A DNA stretch of 64,000 nt from Perna viridis (Eukaryota): the NCBI GenBank assembly GCA_037379345.1, contig CM074522.1:5208001-5272000 (forward strand). Reading direction: 5' to 3'. Of this stretch, positions 26,441-39,917 are shown piece by piece; position 1 is the first letter of the stretch; each line of letters begins with the position of its first letter. Both the position numbers and the translations under genes were made by a program. The notes under the pieces are model-generated. The model searched no databases, was not told the DNA's origin, and saw only the letters and a list, made by a program, of their open reading frames with translations.

Positions 26441-28371
26441 GACAAAAAGAAAATAAAAACAAAACAAACAAACAAAATTTGACAAAAAGTGCAAGAATAT
26501 CATTGTACAATTACTAAAATATATAGATATATAAGCATTTTATATATATTTGCTTTAGAATCAAGATAGAAAAATGATAAAAAATTAAAATAATTTGATA
26601 TTATATATGCACGTGAATGTTTGTCATATCTTTTATAGAGGGCAGTCTCGTCAAAACGCTAATCAAGCTATACGAATTTAACCTGTGACCTTTAAGTCAC
26701 CGCGAGTCTAATTTCAGTGAAACAGATTATCAAAACCAAAAAAGAAAACAAAAGAAAAGAAAAGTATCCGTCCTATTTGACCTCACTTATCATGCATGAA
26801 AACACGCGATACTAGACTCATGGCTTTCAGCTTGAGTAGTATGACACGCAGGTCCAATAGATAAGGCACTATGACCAGGGTTATAGTTAGAACGGTACTA
26901 TTTCTCATTAATTTTGGTTAGCCTTTCGTTAACCCTTCCTTAGTAAATACTTCCGAACACTGTGATTGGACAAATTGTGCTGAAACTCGGTTATGCTCAC
27001 ATTTGTAGTTAGGAAAATGAAGATATAACTGGAAAAAGTCAGTTTATAGCTCCGTCTTTGTTTTAAATAGGTGAATTTTTAAAAAAAGTTTCACTATTGC
27101 CGAGTATGGTAAATAAACCGTACCGTTCTATATATACTGATACTCGGCGAAACTGAGGGAACTTATGTTCCAGATTTTTATCAGATGTCATTTTATATAT
27201 ATCGATACGATTAAGCGTGTATTATAAATATGAATTATATTGTGGAAAATACCAGAGGGAAAAAACGAATATCGAAACTAATAGAAACGAAGTGCAAACG
27301 AAAGAGGCTTATAATACACGCACAGTAAGGGCGTAGATCATAGAAATCAATTGGGTGTTTAATAAACCTTTTTAAAGTGATGAATTGTATTTACATTTTA
27401 ATCAGTAATTAGCAAGGCGATATTTCTTTTTGCACTTGCTTTAACTTTTTAATATGCCAGCAAAGCTGGCAACTATAAATATCAACTTAGGTATGCCCGG
27501 TGCTTCTATAATCGTGAAGTAACTTCCGAGTATGTGATCTCGGAATGTTTTGTTGCTCATATGACCACTCGGCACAAATTAATCAACCTCCCTGATCAGC
27601 TACAGAGTTACGAAATCTTCCCATTGCATTTTGAGAAGTCTTTGACCAGTACTGTCATCGGATAACTTTTCGCCTGACTATTGTATATGCAGTGGCTAAT
27701 CTACAAAATGATTCCGGGAGTTGGAATTACCTTTTGTTTGAGAATTTGTTGATTTAAAGTAAAATAATAATATGAGCAATAATAGTCTTAAACCCCATTT
27801 GAGATACCTTACTTCAACCCAACTTTTAAGAAAAGTGATTTTCTGAGGAAATTTAATGCTAGTATTTTCTTTGGTAAATTATATGAACATTGAAATATTA
27901 ATGGTTTGAATAAAAGAGTCTTTTAATAATAATTTGGTACAGCATTTTATATATAACAACAATTAATCAGTTTCATCAATCTAAGTATATTTGATTTACA
28001 TCAGTTTTCTATGGCATTAACTACATTTGTGGTGTTGGTATGTTTTGAACATAAGGTGTGTCACTACTTGTACGAGCTATTATCTTTTTAGTAGTGCTAT
28101 TTCTGACAGAAATGAATGAAATCATCATCATAAAAGCCTGACTTCATTTGCCATTTCGGATCAAATTAATTGTTATAGAACCAGTTAGGAAATTATGGCT
28201 AGACAAAGCAATAGAAAAGGGAAAGTGTTGTCAAAATTTAAGCATCATTTTTATTTACAATGACTTTTGTACACTGAAAATAACTTCTGGATTTGGAAAA
28301 CTATTCTTTTGAATCTATATAAAAGTGGTTAAATGGATTTTCTATAACAAAATGTCACTTAATGTAAGACA

Positions 28372-28486
28372 TCAGAAATGTCTTTGAACGATTTCAACAC
28401 TAAACATAACTAATTTTTGCATGTTCTCAGAGAGCTCACTACAGAGTCTAGAGAGAACCTCAGACACTGTTTTGGAGCTTGTTACA
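28372..28486 (-). pseudogene. Exon remnant paralogous to 61809-61891
   Basis: TTTCAG acceptor, then ACAAGCTCCAAAACAGTGTCTGAGGTTC...GAGAACATGCAAAAATTAGTT, which aligns with the plus-strand sequence at 61.8 kb. Confidence 0.5.
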
Positions 28487-28760
28487 CTGAAATTAATGTC
28501 TGTATGATTACAAGGTGATAAATACGTAAAGGGGATAATGGTAAAGTACACGAATATCTCTATCTTTTGAATAAATTTAACGTGTGAACATGTATTTTGT
28601 AATACAGAACCAGTGTTACAAAATTGTTTTGACAGTGTTTCGCATCTATGTATTTTCTTTTTTATCAATTGATTTCATTAATAACTTCTTCTGTTAAAAC
28701 ATGTAGAATGATATTATAAAACAAGTGAATGAATCGTAGTACACGTAATACTTATAAATA

Positions 28761-28902
28761 CTCATTTGCATTTGTTACTTTGTTTGTATGATTTTAGTTA
28801 CTTTATGCTTTTTGTTGTATATATCTGTTTTCCATGTCAGTCTTGGTCCCTGGATTGCGTTCTTTTGGCTGTCGCTATAACCTTGGTTCCATTGATTACT
28901 CT
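28761..28902 (+). mobile_element. Penelope-like terminal 3' UTR fragment
   Basis: CTCATTT...GATTACTCT. Confidence 0.85.
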
Positions 28903-29158
28903 TTCAATATCGTCATAAGACGTTTGTCAAGAGTAATTATTACCATATGTAAATGGAACATTTCATCATGTTGTGGGATTTAAGCACTACAAAAATGCAT
29001 TAGACTATTGTAGACACAAATATATGACAATAGTTATAGGAGTGAAATATTTCTTTTTGATCGGCCAAGCCACATATTTTTTCCCACTCAGGAAACCTTA
29101 TGCAACATTTGTATTGAATATTTTCAATATCATTTACACCAGACTAATATCATGTATA

Positions 29159-29533
29159 CAGTACCTGAACCGATCCGTGCAACAAAAATTGCGATCGGTC
29201 ATCAATCACCGGTCAGTTTCATATCAGTCATCGATCCGTCAAACTGACCCATTAAACCGTTGATCGCATCACTTGACCACAGAGCGGTCATTATATTTTA
29301 TGGTTTTCGTTGTTTTCTTTGCCAATTTTACACATTTTCCCATAATACAATATATTTAAGATTCAATTTATACTTCTATTTCACATTTCTCATTTTCAAC
29401 AGGCCATCTGTCATTTAACATAACGAAACTGCGATCAGATCAGTCACCGGTCATTGGTAGGCGATCTGTCAGCAATCAATCAGTCAACGGTCATCGATCC
29501 GTCAAATTGTTGCGCTGATCGGTTCAAGGACTG
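29159..29533. mobile_element. Tc1/mariner-type MITE
   Basis: TA|CAGTACCTGAACCGATCCGTGCAACAA versus TTGTTGCGCTGATCGGTTCAAGGACTG|TA. Internal GATC/CGGTCA subterminal repeats. Confidence 0.85.
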
Positions 29534-29807
29534 TATGTATGAGCAAAAACATTTACAAATCTATCAAATTTATATTACATTTTACTAACATTTGAATTGA
29601 GAATCATTCAATAGAATAACGTCAGGTTTATTTTTTACAATTTCTATGTGTTATTGTTAAAGAATTGCAAAAATTGTCAGGAACTTTAAATACCAGTCAT
29701 ATGATTTTAGATAATAAATATAGATAATAAGACAGCAAGGTATCGAGTGACTATTTGAAAAAAGGATTTGGCAGTGTTTAGTTAAAAAAAAACCGCATAT
29801 GAACAGT

Positions 29808-29901
29808 ACTCGGCGGGTGTTTCTAGAAAAACAGAGGACGCTTACCCTACCGGTGCACCTGGTCCATGCTCCCAGTTGTTAGTGGAGTCCGAGTTGCTCA
29901 T
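29808..29901 (+). mobile_element. Isolated Penelope-like foldback module
   Basis: ACTCGGCGGGTG...CCGAGTTGCTCAT with no flanking element sequence. Confidence 0.85.
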
Positions 29902-31889
29902 AAACTCAACAGCAAAGCTGAAAAGGAAGAATAACACTTTATTCAGAGAAAAAGAAATAAATTAAGTATGGAAGAAAATGATATAGAAGGGCGTTGTCTT
30001 GTTACCCACACCACTTTGTCTACACTCCTCTTACATCTGTTGTTAAAAATGGTATTTTTGCTGGTTTTTTGTTAATATTAAGCACACTCAACTTTACCTC
30101 ATGAATGAAAGTATTCAGTGACTTTCCAGAAAAAAATCAGTTTAATTACTTAAATTACAGACTGAAATACAAGCCTCGTTTTCATCTAAAACGTTACAAC
30201 CATTGTATTATGTATTACCTTAGAAATCTGATAATTTATGACAATTTCCAAAGTCCAGTTTTTTCAAATCATTTTTAACTTATGTAAACCGAATAACGCC
30301 CATATCGAACAAATATCTTAGTCAGATTTGGTTGAGACCGGTTTATCTTTTATCTTTTCCACCACTCATGCAGCATTAATCACAACAAACCGGTCAGTGA
30401 TATACCGTTGACTAGGCTGAAGGTGACAGATAATTACTTTTTGATGTAAAGACTTTGAGGACATCCATTTGATCAAGGTTGATTTTCATTCCTGTTCTAC
30501 TTAGAATGTCCTTGAACTAAGCGGATGTTTACGCGGGTATTGTTATTGGAATGTCGAGTAATTGGAATCATACAATAAGATTTTCTTATTTCCATAACGT
30601 ATTTTGCTATCCTACCTGTAAATTCTCCTAACTTTGAAATGTCGATTGGCCTTATTATAATCGCTTTATTGGAAAGAAAATGATTGAAACATCTTGATAT
30701 TATATCACAGAAGCATCCCTTTGGAGGAAGACTTGTTGTATAATAGATAAAGATAAGAATGTTATGGTGTAATGCAATAAAGACATATATTCCTGAAAAT
30801 AATAGGTTCGATCTTCTGATTGTATTGAAAAAACATATCAAAACTTTGGTCAGTAGAAGTATGATAGGTAACTAGTTAACCCTAGTTCTCTTATGTTTAA
30901 CGAATTGATTTTATGAAGTGTTTTGATGAATATTGAAACAATAATTCATGTTAAGTGGCATTCAGAAGTAATTTATAATTCATCGAAACGACAATGCATT
31001 GGAATGGTTTTTTTCTGAATTTTTTGTGAGATATTTTAAAAATGAAATTATTGCCTTACGATTATTTCGCACTATACTTCAGACAAAGACATCTATATTA
31101 AAAATATATCGCACTGTAGTAATTTCAGTTCAAAACCATAAACGCACGAACATTTAAAAGTTGTTTTTAATATATAAGCAAACAATCTCTACTAGTCATG
31201 GCCTACCCGACGATCAACCTTCGTTTTTTAGAACAGTACCATAATTTACATCATCATTTAATACGTCATTATATGATGGCATTTTCTATACGATTTTGTT
31301 TACACATAGATGAAAGATAGCTGAGTGATTGAAATATTAAGTGGACATTCATGTGATTTATCGTCCTTTAAGAGTTTCACCACAAAAGACTTCAATTGAT
31401 TTCGAATGTCTATGACATACAAGGCAGTTACGGCATGAAAGTCGATTTATATCATGTAAACGTATTATAAGTTATATGTCTTATGTTCAAGACAATGTAG
31501 TCCGTGGAAGAGAAGATACCTCTACCAAAATCATTTTTTTTTTGTCGTTATAAAGGGTAATGTGCTCACAAATGTTGTTCACCACCTTTTTTTTTATTAA
31601 GAATTTATCTAGTAATAATTCCAATCTAATTAACATTTGCCTTTTTCGTGGATTATGATTAGGTGTTCACTTTTTACTACCTCAGCGATGACTGTTTTTT
31701 ACAACAGTGTAAATTTCATCTACATATCATAATCGACATGGCTACCATAGCTTTGACAAAAGATGGAGCCGTTTAGAGGCTCAAAACCGTATTATCTACT
31801 TAAATCTCTCAGGTCTTTAAGGCAAACACTCCCACGTGAATACACATGTATTTTTTTACAACATTTTCAGTAACCAACCCTATGAAATT

Positions 31890-32010
31890 TAGCCAAAGCA
31901 TATGAAAGAGGTGCTTAGTGGTTTAGAAAACCGGCTGAATTAACATCAAAGTGAATTAGGTGTGTTTTCGATATGCACGAATCACCTCCTGTCTGCTGTT
32001 AATGACAACT
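31890..32010 (+). repeat. Interspersed repeat (DNA-transposon-like), also at ~47105-47165 (+) and ~40885-40940 (-)
   Basis: Shared ATGCA(C/T)GAATC(A/G)CCTCCTGT(C/T)TG...AACTG core. Confidence 0.6.
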
Positions 32011-32751
32011 GTTGCTTAAAATAGTAATAACGTAGAAGAACGCAGATAATATAATATTACCTTTGTTTCAACGATGATATAGGCATAACTATGCTTGCAT
32101 TATTACGATTGCTTGGTGCAGTATACTTTATTCAGTGATTGTTGTCATCTCGGTTTTTCCATCCGGACGGATCTCAAACAGACATGATATCATCAAACAT
32201 TTTTGCAATTATTTCCGGAGATTTCGATATGGTTATGTAAAACTGAAAGGGTAGGATGTACCACATTTCCTATTAATGCTTTAGTTCTTTTAATTTCAGA
32301 AGCTTTTGATTATGCAATTATGCGTAAATACCATTTACTTTACCAGAATTCTGCTTACAATATCATTTTACATTTTTGCTAAGTGTTGTAACTTTAAAGT
32401 TAAATTTTTAAAATGAACTATTGGGCTAAAAAAAAATCAACACAATAAAAAACAAAACCAAAACACAAAACCAAAAAACAAATCAAAAGAAAACAAACGA
32501 AATGACCGGAATGAACTATCAAGAAAGTCAATAAGAAACTTGAATATGTCAATTTATAATTGCTTTTATTGAAATTTGTATGAGAATATAAATTGCATTT
32601 TACATGAACGTTTTACAAATTTCGTTTCGCGTAGTTGCTGCTGGACTCAAATTTGAAAAAAATATTTGTTTTAATTTTCTATGGTTATATTTCAAATTGA
32701 TTTATTTGTTGTTTTTTTTTTTGTTGTTCCTTCATTTATAAGTTGACTTAT

Positions 32752-33160
32752 GAAGTTTTCATAACACAACTCATACGTTATGCCAGAGCTTGCCGTGACT
32801 ACGCAAATTCTTTGTATCTTGCTAGACTTCTCACAATTAGGCTTCTGTAACAGGGTTATGTTGCTAGAAGATTGAAATCATCAAAACAGAAGTTTTATGA
32901 TCGTCATCATGAACTCATGGATCGTTACGGTGTATCAATCTGCACCATAAAACTGACTTGTTCAATGTGTCATAGGTTATCTTTTACTCTTTTACGCTTA
33001 CTCCCAGTTTTGAGTGGAGTCCGAATTGCTCATTTACTTTGTATGTATTATTTTGGTTATTTTATATTCTTTGTTGTGAATGTCTGTCTTTTATGTCTGG
33101 TCTATGTCCCTGGATAACATTCTATTGATTTTCGCTAGAATTTTAGTTCCCTTAATTTCT
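32752..33160 (+). mobile_element. Penelope-like RT C-terminus plus deleted 3' UTR
   Basis: TQLIRYARACRDY...FYDRHHELMDRYG. Confidence 0.85.
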
Positions 33161-33169
33161 GTTTTATAG

Positions 33170-33925
33170 TTGTTTACTTGATCCAAAAAAGGCAACAACG
33201 TTTAGCCTTATTTGTATCTCAGTTTCCGCTATATAGAGGACGTATTGTCGTTAAACCATCCTAATTTCGGGGATTGTATACAACGCATATACCCCAAAGA
33301 ACTTTAGACAAAGGCCACTACAGAAACTATGATGTCCCCTCATATCTTGACCTACACTATAAGAACGACGGAAAAGGAAAATAATTGACAAAACTATACG
33401 ACAAACGTGATGACTTCTCATTCTGTATTGTCAACATTCTTTGCACCTGTTGCAACATCTCATCAGGAACTGCGAATGGAGATTTCGTAACTCATACAGC
33501 TTGTCGAAACTTTGTGGCATTTTTGTACTGTGCTGGAACAGAGTCATATTGCTACAAGATTGAAGTCATCATTATAGAATTGGTATGGCCGGCATCAGTA
33601 ACTCATGGATTGTTATGGTGTATCCATCTGCACCATGACATCCGATTTGTTCACCGTATCATAATTTTCCTTTCTTCTTTCATCTATCCGGGCGTGTCAT
33701 TTCATGAGCAACTCAGTGTATGTTTCTAGAAAAACAAAGGATGGTTATCTTCCGTTGCATTGTCCATGATCCAAATTTTTAGTTGGGCCCGAATTGCTAA
33801 TTTACTTTTATATCTTTGTACGTGTTATTTTAGTTACTTCATGTTCATTGTTGTATATATCTGCTTTCACTGTCCTTGGCATATATTCTTATGATTTTCG
33901 CTTTGATCGTGGTTCCTTGATTACT
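33170..33925 (+). mobile_element. Older Penelope-like RT 3' half plus UTR
   Basis: FRYIEDVLSLNHPNFGD, TKLYDKRDDFSF, and a diverged foldback. Confidence 0.85.
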
Positions 33926-35189
33926 TTTCTTTCTGTATTTTACGGCACCAAAACCAAAAACAAAAAACAAAAAGTACAGCAAAAGGCTTAAGTATAAATC
34001 ATTCAACATACTAAACAGGATAACTAATTTGAGCCAATGAATATTAACCGTTTGATTAAATTGTGCCTTGAACAAATGCTTGCAATATCTTTTTGCCGCG
34101 CACTTACTAAATCACTTCGCTTTACTACAATCACATGTAATAGTAGTGATATTCAAGGTCGGTCTCAATTTAAGTTAAACTTTAGATATTCAAATTTTGA
34201 ATCAATTCTATTGTTTTCTTTACTCAATATCCTATGAGTGTCATTGTTTTATCCTATTTCAGTACAATAACCCTTGTACTTTTGGTTTCCGGTATATAAT
34301 AATTACCAATGATTTGATTTGAATTCCCTAGCATTGAAATAGGAAAGTAATCCGTTTTATATTGAAATGCACTCGATTAGTAATCGTTTTTCTCTCTTAG
34401 AGCTTTTTAATCAGAGAGCGGCCTTGATATGGGGGCTAAGAATGTCAATGATCTGTATAAAGTGATATTAAGATAAGATAGACAAGCAAATAAATTAGTA
34501 TGCTGAATACATTGATAATTAAATTATCTAGTGTATAAATGTAGGATTATCAGTAGTTTTTAAAATGAATATTTCATGGTATGATTCAGGGGAAAGTTTG
34601 CCCTTGTTTTACGTAATCGAAATGAAAAAGTTATTTATACAACACTGCAGTCCTTTTTTTCTTAAAAAGTCGTAACCGTAAAATTATTGGAAAGACATGA
34701 CTCATAAAACTTTGAAATACTATGACGTCATAAAGTACTACTAATTATACACAGTTTGTGAAAAAAGATTCAAGCATTTCAATATACAGATTCGTAAAAT
34801 CCAACCATACTATTTAAATATAATAAATAAATCGTAGAATCATTATTTTTGTCAAGCTAGTATATGAAGTTCTCACAAAAATGCAAAACAATATTTTATT
34901 ATTTCATCCAACAAGAAAACGTTACATCCACAAAACCCTCAAGCGAACAAAAGCAAAAGTGACCACTAAAATCTCTCTCTAATAAACCCGAATGACACCA
35001 GGTATATTCCACCATTTATATTACCCAGGCGTTTGTACCATACATACTCAAGGATAGTCTCAAGCAGTCACATTTCCAGGAGTTTTTATAATAGCCTCCC
35101 CTATCCCACTGTTGTCAATCTAAAATCTAAATATGTTGATATAGCTGTGAAATTAGCTTTTTATTTAAACAATCGGTGATTTTGTCCGT

Positions 35190-35760
35190 AGAATCAAGAA
35201 GCCCACTTTCTATTTGTGATGACAGTGGTCATCTCAACACTAAAACTGTGAACAAAAGACGACTTTAATTTTAATATAATAAATTTTCCTTAACTGTGCA
35301 GCAATATTCCTTCATCTCCTGCATATGGTGTTTATATTTGTACGCTAGAGCAAGTACTAACTTCTCTGATTTCCTATAGCGCCATAAATATCTGAATCAG
35401 GGCTATAAAGAAATGCGTCTTAAAAGGTCTCTTACCAAATTCATTTTAGATATCAGTCCTTGGTTGAAAAATACTCAGTTTCTTCTAACAAAATGAATAA
35501 TATTTGTTTTTTGTACAATGGTATGTGACCGCTGATTTACTGAATATTACAATAGGATGCAAATGTTTTTTTTAATCACCACTGGTATAGTCACGCTGCA
35601 ATGGAAGAGGGAGGTTCAACGCTGTAAAACCTAGGTGTAAACCACCTCTTCGGTTGAAGTGCCTGTACGAAGTCAGGACCATTGCAGCACCAGCTACTCT
35701 GGTTTTACAAATTAATTTTGGACCTGACTTGATTATAAATCGGATTAGTGTTCGTATTTT
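35190..35760 (+). mobile_element. Second, distinct Penelope-like family fragment
   Basis: DDFNFNIINFP..CSNIPSSPAYGVYI, YARASTNFSDF, QGYKEMRLKRSLTKF. Followed by a different 3' UTR (GCCTGTACGAAGTCAGGA). Confidence 0.7.
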
Positions 35761-37269
35761 GTTGTTACCCTTATTTCCTATTGACATAATATTTTTTGCA
35801 ACTTTCATGACTAAGCGCTGTTCCATTGTATGAAAAGAGTAATCAAGAACCAAGGTTATAGAAAAGTTATACCAAGGTTATGGAAAGCAACAAAATATTA
35901 TCAAAGCAGTTTATTAACTTATCAGTTAAGTTTCTTTCAAACAATGAGGCTGTCAACAATGTTTTGTTTTAATTGTTTTCTTAACTGAACCTTGTTTTTT
36001 TTTAGATTTGTGTTCAGTTCGTTAAGGTTTTCCGTCCATAGCACTTTGAATTTCAAGTATAGCATTTTGTTTTACTTGATATTTTACTTATTCGTTTTTA
36101 TATTGTGTATACTATAAAGGAATATATTTGTTAGATTTTAACGTTGGAGTCAGTATGCGACAGCTAAATTAATGTGACTAATTCCAATGAGATTTATATC
36201 GGTATGATTTATTTTAAGGGTTTTGTCTTACCATCCATGAATATTTTAATTGAAAACCGATTCTATTAATTCCTGCAGACTTACTTGTTCGGAAAAAGCT
36301 TATTTTCCAATTACGTTGATACCTTTCAGGAACCGTTTTATATAATGAAGTGCAAGAAGTGTAAATAACAAATTTGTCATAGGATTCAGATGTGTCTAGT
36401 GGTTGTTTATGCATATTTGTTGTAAATAAAATTATTTGTGTGTGTGCTTTTATACACTTAGTTTTTAAAATCTAAAAAGGCTGTCCTGGAAGACTCGGAT
36501 ATAGAGTGTCACATGCCAAATGTTGTTACTAAAAATGTTCATCAAATGTTAGGAGATGAATGCTGGTTTGTAATCAACTGAAAAATGTAGAATAGAATGA
36601 AAAGAAATGTTGGGAAAAAATAATTTACTCTGCGCTGCCGATATTGAAGTAACTGTTTTTACATGGAAGGTCTATTAAATGTTTAACCTTATATATATCA
36701 TTTTTGATATTTAATAACTTTAGAATCAAGTGAATCAGATGTAGAAAAAGCAGGTTGCCCAATGTTGAATTACGACCATTTACTTGATCATTTCAATTAT
36801 GCAAGATATTTGCCTCAACATGAGTGATGTTACCATTCTACCTATCAGAAGGATTTATATGTCGAAAGAACCTTTTGTTTTCTAAGATAAAGGGGTTGGA
36901 GTTTTTAAATGGTACTAACCAATATTAGATGTATTTGGCAAATATGAAAATAAGTGTTGAATACAATTATTTATGTGAAGAATCTAAAAGGATTCTTGCA
37001 AATGTGAAATTTAAATAAAACAAACATTGAGTCACCAAGGTGAGATAAACACACCATCATCTCTCAATATTTCCCATTTACCATTCTATAAAATATTTAT
37101 GTCGGAGATGCTAGAAAGGTTGTTCGGCATTCCGTGGATCTTAAATCTTTTAAATGGCTATATAAGGTATAACAGGCATCCTTCTATCACATCACAGTAC
37201 GCCTCAGTCTACCCTTGGGGAAAAGGATGATGAGCTATCACTACAGATAAAAATGCGTCCCATAATTAG

Positions 37270-37790
37270 GTTAATGAATGTGTTGATATCATGCACATAT
37301 AGCCTGCAGTAGAGGGTGATAGGTCGAAGTAACTCACGAGGTAGATATGTCACCCGAGACGTAGTCGAGCATAATATATTTTCCGAGTGTGTTACTCTTG
37401 ATATTATACTGAATACCCTTTTTGATACATCACACTTTTATGCACATGTCCTTAACCTTTAAGAAACTCATGTGTTATTGTTGCAATACCTCAGACGAAT
37501 GTCTAACTGGAATGAAACTTCCAAGTATTTTAACATTTAAATAAATCAACAGTAGTAAAATAACAAAACTGAACACTTCCACTATTCATTTTTCTATTTA
37601 AAGTCATCTAAAATGAAAACGAAAAAGATGCGCATATAGACAAGGAAAGACATTTCCGGTCAAGACGGAATTATATATCGTGATGAGGGTGATATGTCGT
37701 GACTACAAATCATTTTAAGGGGCTAAGCAAGTGGAATAGACCAAAATAACATACTTACAAAAAAAGATATATGTGATTTTTGTGTTAAAA
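37270..37790 (+). mobile_element. Crypton-like non-autonomous element
   Basis: Central palindrome-like CCGAGACGTAGTCGAG flanked by inverted GTAACTCACG/CGAGTGTGTTAC. The end resembles 7385-7622. Confidence 0.45.
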
Positions 37791-37808
37791 AATGTATAAT
37801 ATTTTCAG

Positions 37809-37885
37809 ATGTTAACTTTACAATGAAAAGTGGGTTTTTTGGTAGCGACTGCGTTAATACTTTAAACGGTTATTTGAGTATCATT
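37809..37885 (+). pseudogene. Possible decayed EGF-like (MEGF) exon
   Basis: TTTTCAG acceptor, then KSGFFGSDCVNT. Confidence 0.3.
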
Positions 37886-39760
37886 ACACAATTTGTATCT
37901 TAAAATATTAAGCGCGACACACATAACACAAATACGGCTACAACAATTATATTATTTCATATATGCATAGACGATGCATGTCAAAATGGATAGAATCGAG
38001 ATGTTTTATATAAGGGATGATTGCGTAAACAATCCAATTCATACGATATCTAAAAATTATTATGGATTATAACTGTTCATCGCTAAGATGAATTCACTTG
38101 TCCCGTAAAAGACGTTCTTCTGGGTACAATTCCAAAACAGGGAATGCGTAAGGACAAACAATGATTTATGTATGCCAATGGTGTTTTGTGTTTAAAGATA
38201 ACTTTCATGTAATAGTTAACACAATTAAAACAGTTTGTAGGGCTTACAGAAGACAATATGCTCCAATGTGAATTAAAGATTCGAATACAATGACAGTTGT
38301 TCGTATTTACACAAACATTCCCACTTTACCCGTGCGTTGCTTTTGTCTGGGATCGATTTATTATTCCCTTGAAACTAATTTATCAGTCTTAATAAGCTAA
38401 TATCACATATTTAGTACGAATGTCTTTTAATATTGCTATTTTAGGAAAATTTCACTTGCAAAAAATCCATATCCGCGTGGCTTGACAGGACAACTTATCT
38501 AATTTCCGAATCAATGACGGAATGCTGATGAAATGTGATTTAGTATTATAGACTAATTAGTGACTTAAAAACGTCCAATATAGGCTTATTATAGCTAAAA
38601 CCTCTGGACAGTTCAGATGTATTTATTTCATTATATCGTGTTGTGTAGGCAGTTTATCTTGAATCAATCGTTCTCGGAATAGGGCAAGAATGTCAAATTA
38701 CCCATGCTCATGTATCAAGGGCTTATTGGTGTTTTCAAATGTAGTGAAATGAAATTCATCTTGAATTTAAAAGAAATAAGGCGTTAACTGATTTATTTTC
38801 TTGATGCAATAAACATCTTATGCAGGCAGTTAATAAATATTTCGCAACATATCCTTATTTAAGCTTATTAAAAAATATTTCATAACAATGGAGTCTAAAG
38901 TCCTTAGCGTACTTTTATTTGAACTTATCACGCAAATCGCAACAAAGGAAACAATACCCTTTAAACATTCAATTTGGACAAACAGGTTTAAACTCCATCT
39001 TAAGCACATGGCTTCAATGTATGTCTAATATGTGGTCTGAACAGGTACTACTTACAGAAGTAATTGTCTACATACTACACTGGTATCGACGTTGAAGTTC
39101 TCAACAAAGTGACAATGAAAAGGATTGAAGGGTCATTACCTACAATACATGTAGATGTACATGCAGCCACAATGCATCTCATGCATGTACATGTAAATGG
39201 AATTTTGAAGTTGATAATGGACTTAGACCTGTTTGTTTCATATCTTGACTGCTTTGCATGGTATTTACTGATATTGTTTCTAAACAATTTTAAAAATGAA
39301 GAATTATATATGCAAAAAAAAAAAAACTGCAATTTTACTGAAACATTTAAGGCTGGATTAATAACAACTATCTAAGGCTTAAAATTCATAGTCTAAAGTT
39401 TGACCGTGTAACTAAACGAAGTATACGGTGGGGTCGGCGATAATAACAACTAAATGTTATAACAAATATATTTCGAATTTCTTTATTTGGAGCAGGGGTA
39501 TATGAAGATAAAATTAAAATTTGATAATCAATATATGAATGTAACATAATAGTTCATATTGAAATACAAGATAACAGAATTGGTTGTGTTCTACTTTGTA
39601 CTATAGGGTTATATTTTCAAAAGTCTTAAATGAGTTATTTTATTCTTTTTTTCAGAAATACACTTTTTTTCCTGACAATTTAGTTATAGAAGATGTTTGT
39701 ATTATATCTATATAGTGGCTTCTGTAATGTTATAATTACTGATAGAACCTGCTTTGTTCA

Positions 39761-39917
39761 ATAGGCCCTTTTGTGCTAACAGTGGGGTAGTCGATGAGCA
39801 TGGGTAGAGCATGCTCAATGTATACTTCCGCGAGGAAAATTATTTTGTTCTACCCAAGCCCTACCTCCCGGAAGTATATATTGAGCATTCTCACCAACTT
39901 ACCACAAAAGGGTCCAT
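39761..39917. mobile_element. Short palindromic MITE
   Basis: TIR ATAGGCCCTTTTGTG/CACAAAAGGGTCCAT. Inner arms 39811-39835 and 39864-39888. Confidence 0.8.

Larger units (their letters stand above)
30616..37150 (-). pseudogene. Decayed multi-exon gene for a tandem CUB-domain, probably single-pass membrane protein
   Basis: CUB-like pieces occur in order on the minus strand. ~37030-37150: TFLASP, KWEILRDDG. 36881-36690: SFD, GNLLFLH, TSDSLDSK. 36577-36455: SSPN, LAC...PGQ. 36420-36232: FRTSKSAG..IGFQLKYSW, GTAAG donor. 35110-34905: CDC, DY/LE/YGTNA, KWW.IPGVIR, VTF. ~34380-34100: NRI..KFEY, TCDC. ~31520-31300: TDYIVL, VFCGETL, NVHLIFQS. A hydrophobic 177-nt phase-1 exon follows at 30792-30616. 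Many stops and frameshifts. Confidence 0.55.

Noticed and set aside
30616-32242. Cys-loop receptor (M3-like GIYV..., IRPDG) fused to CUB domains
   Set aside because: No Cys-loop, M1 or M2 was found. The adjacent 31.3-31.5 kb segment reads as CUB, so a single TM segment is simpler.
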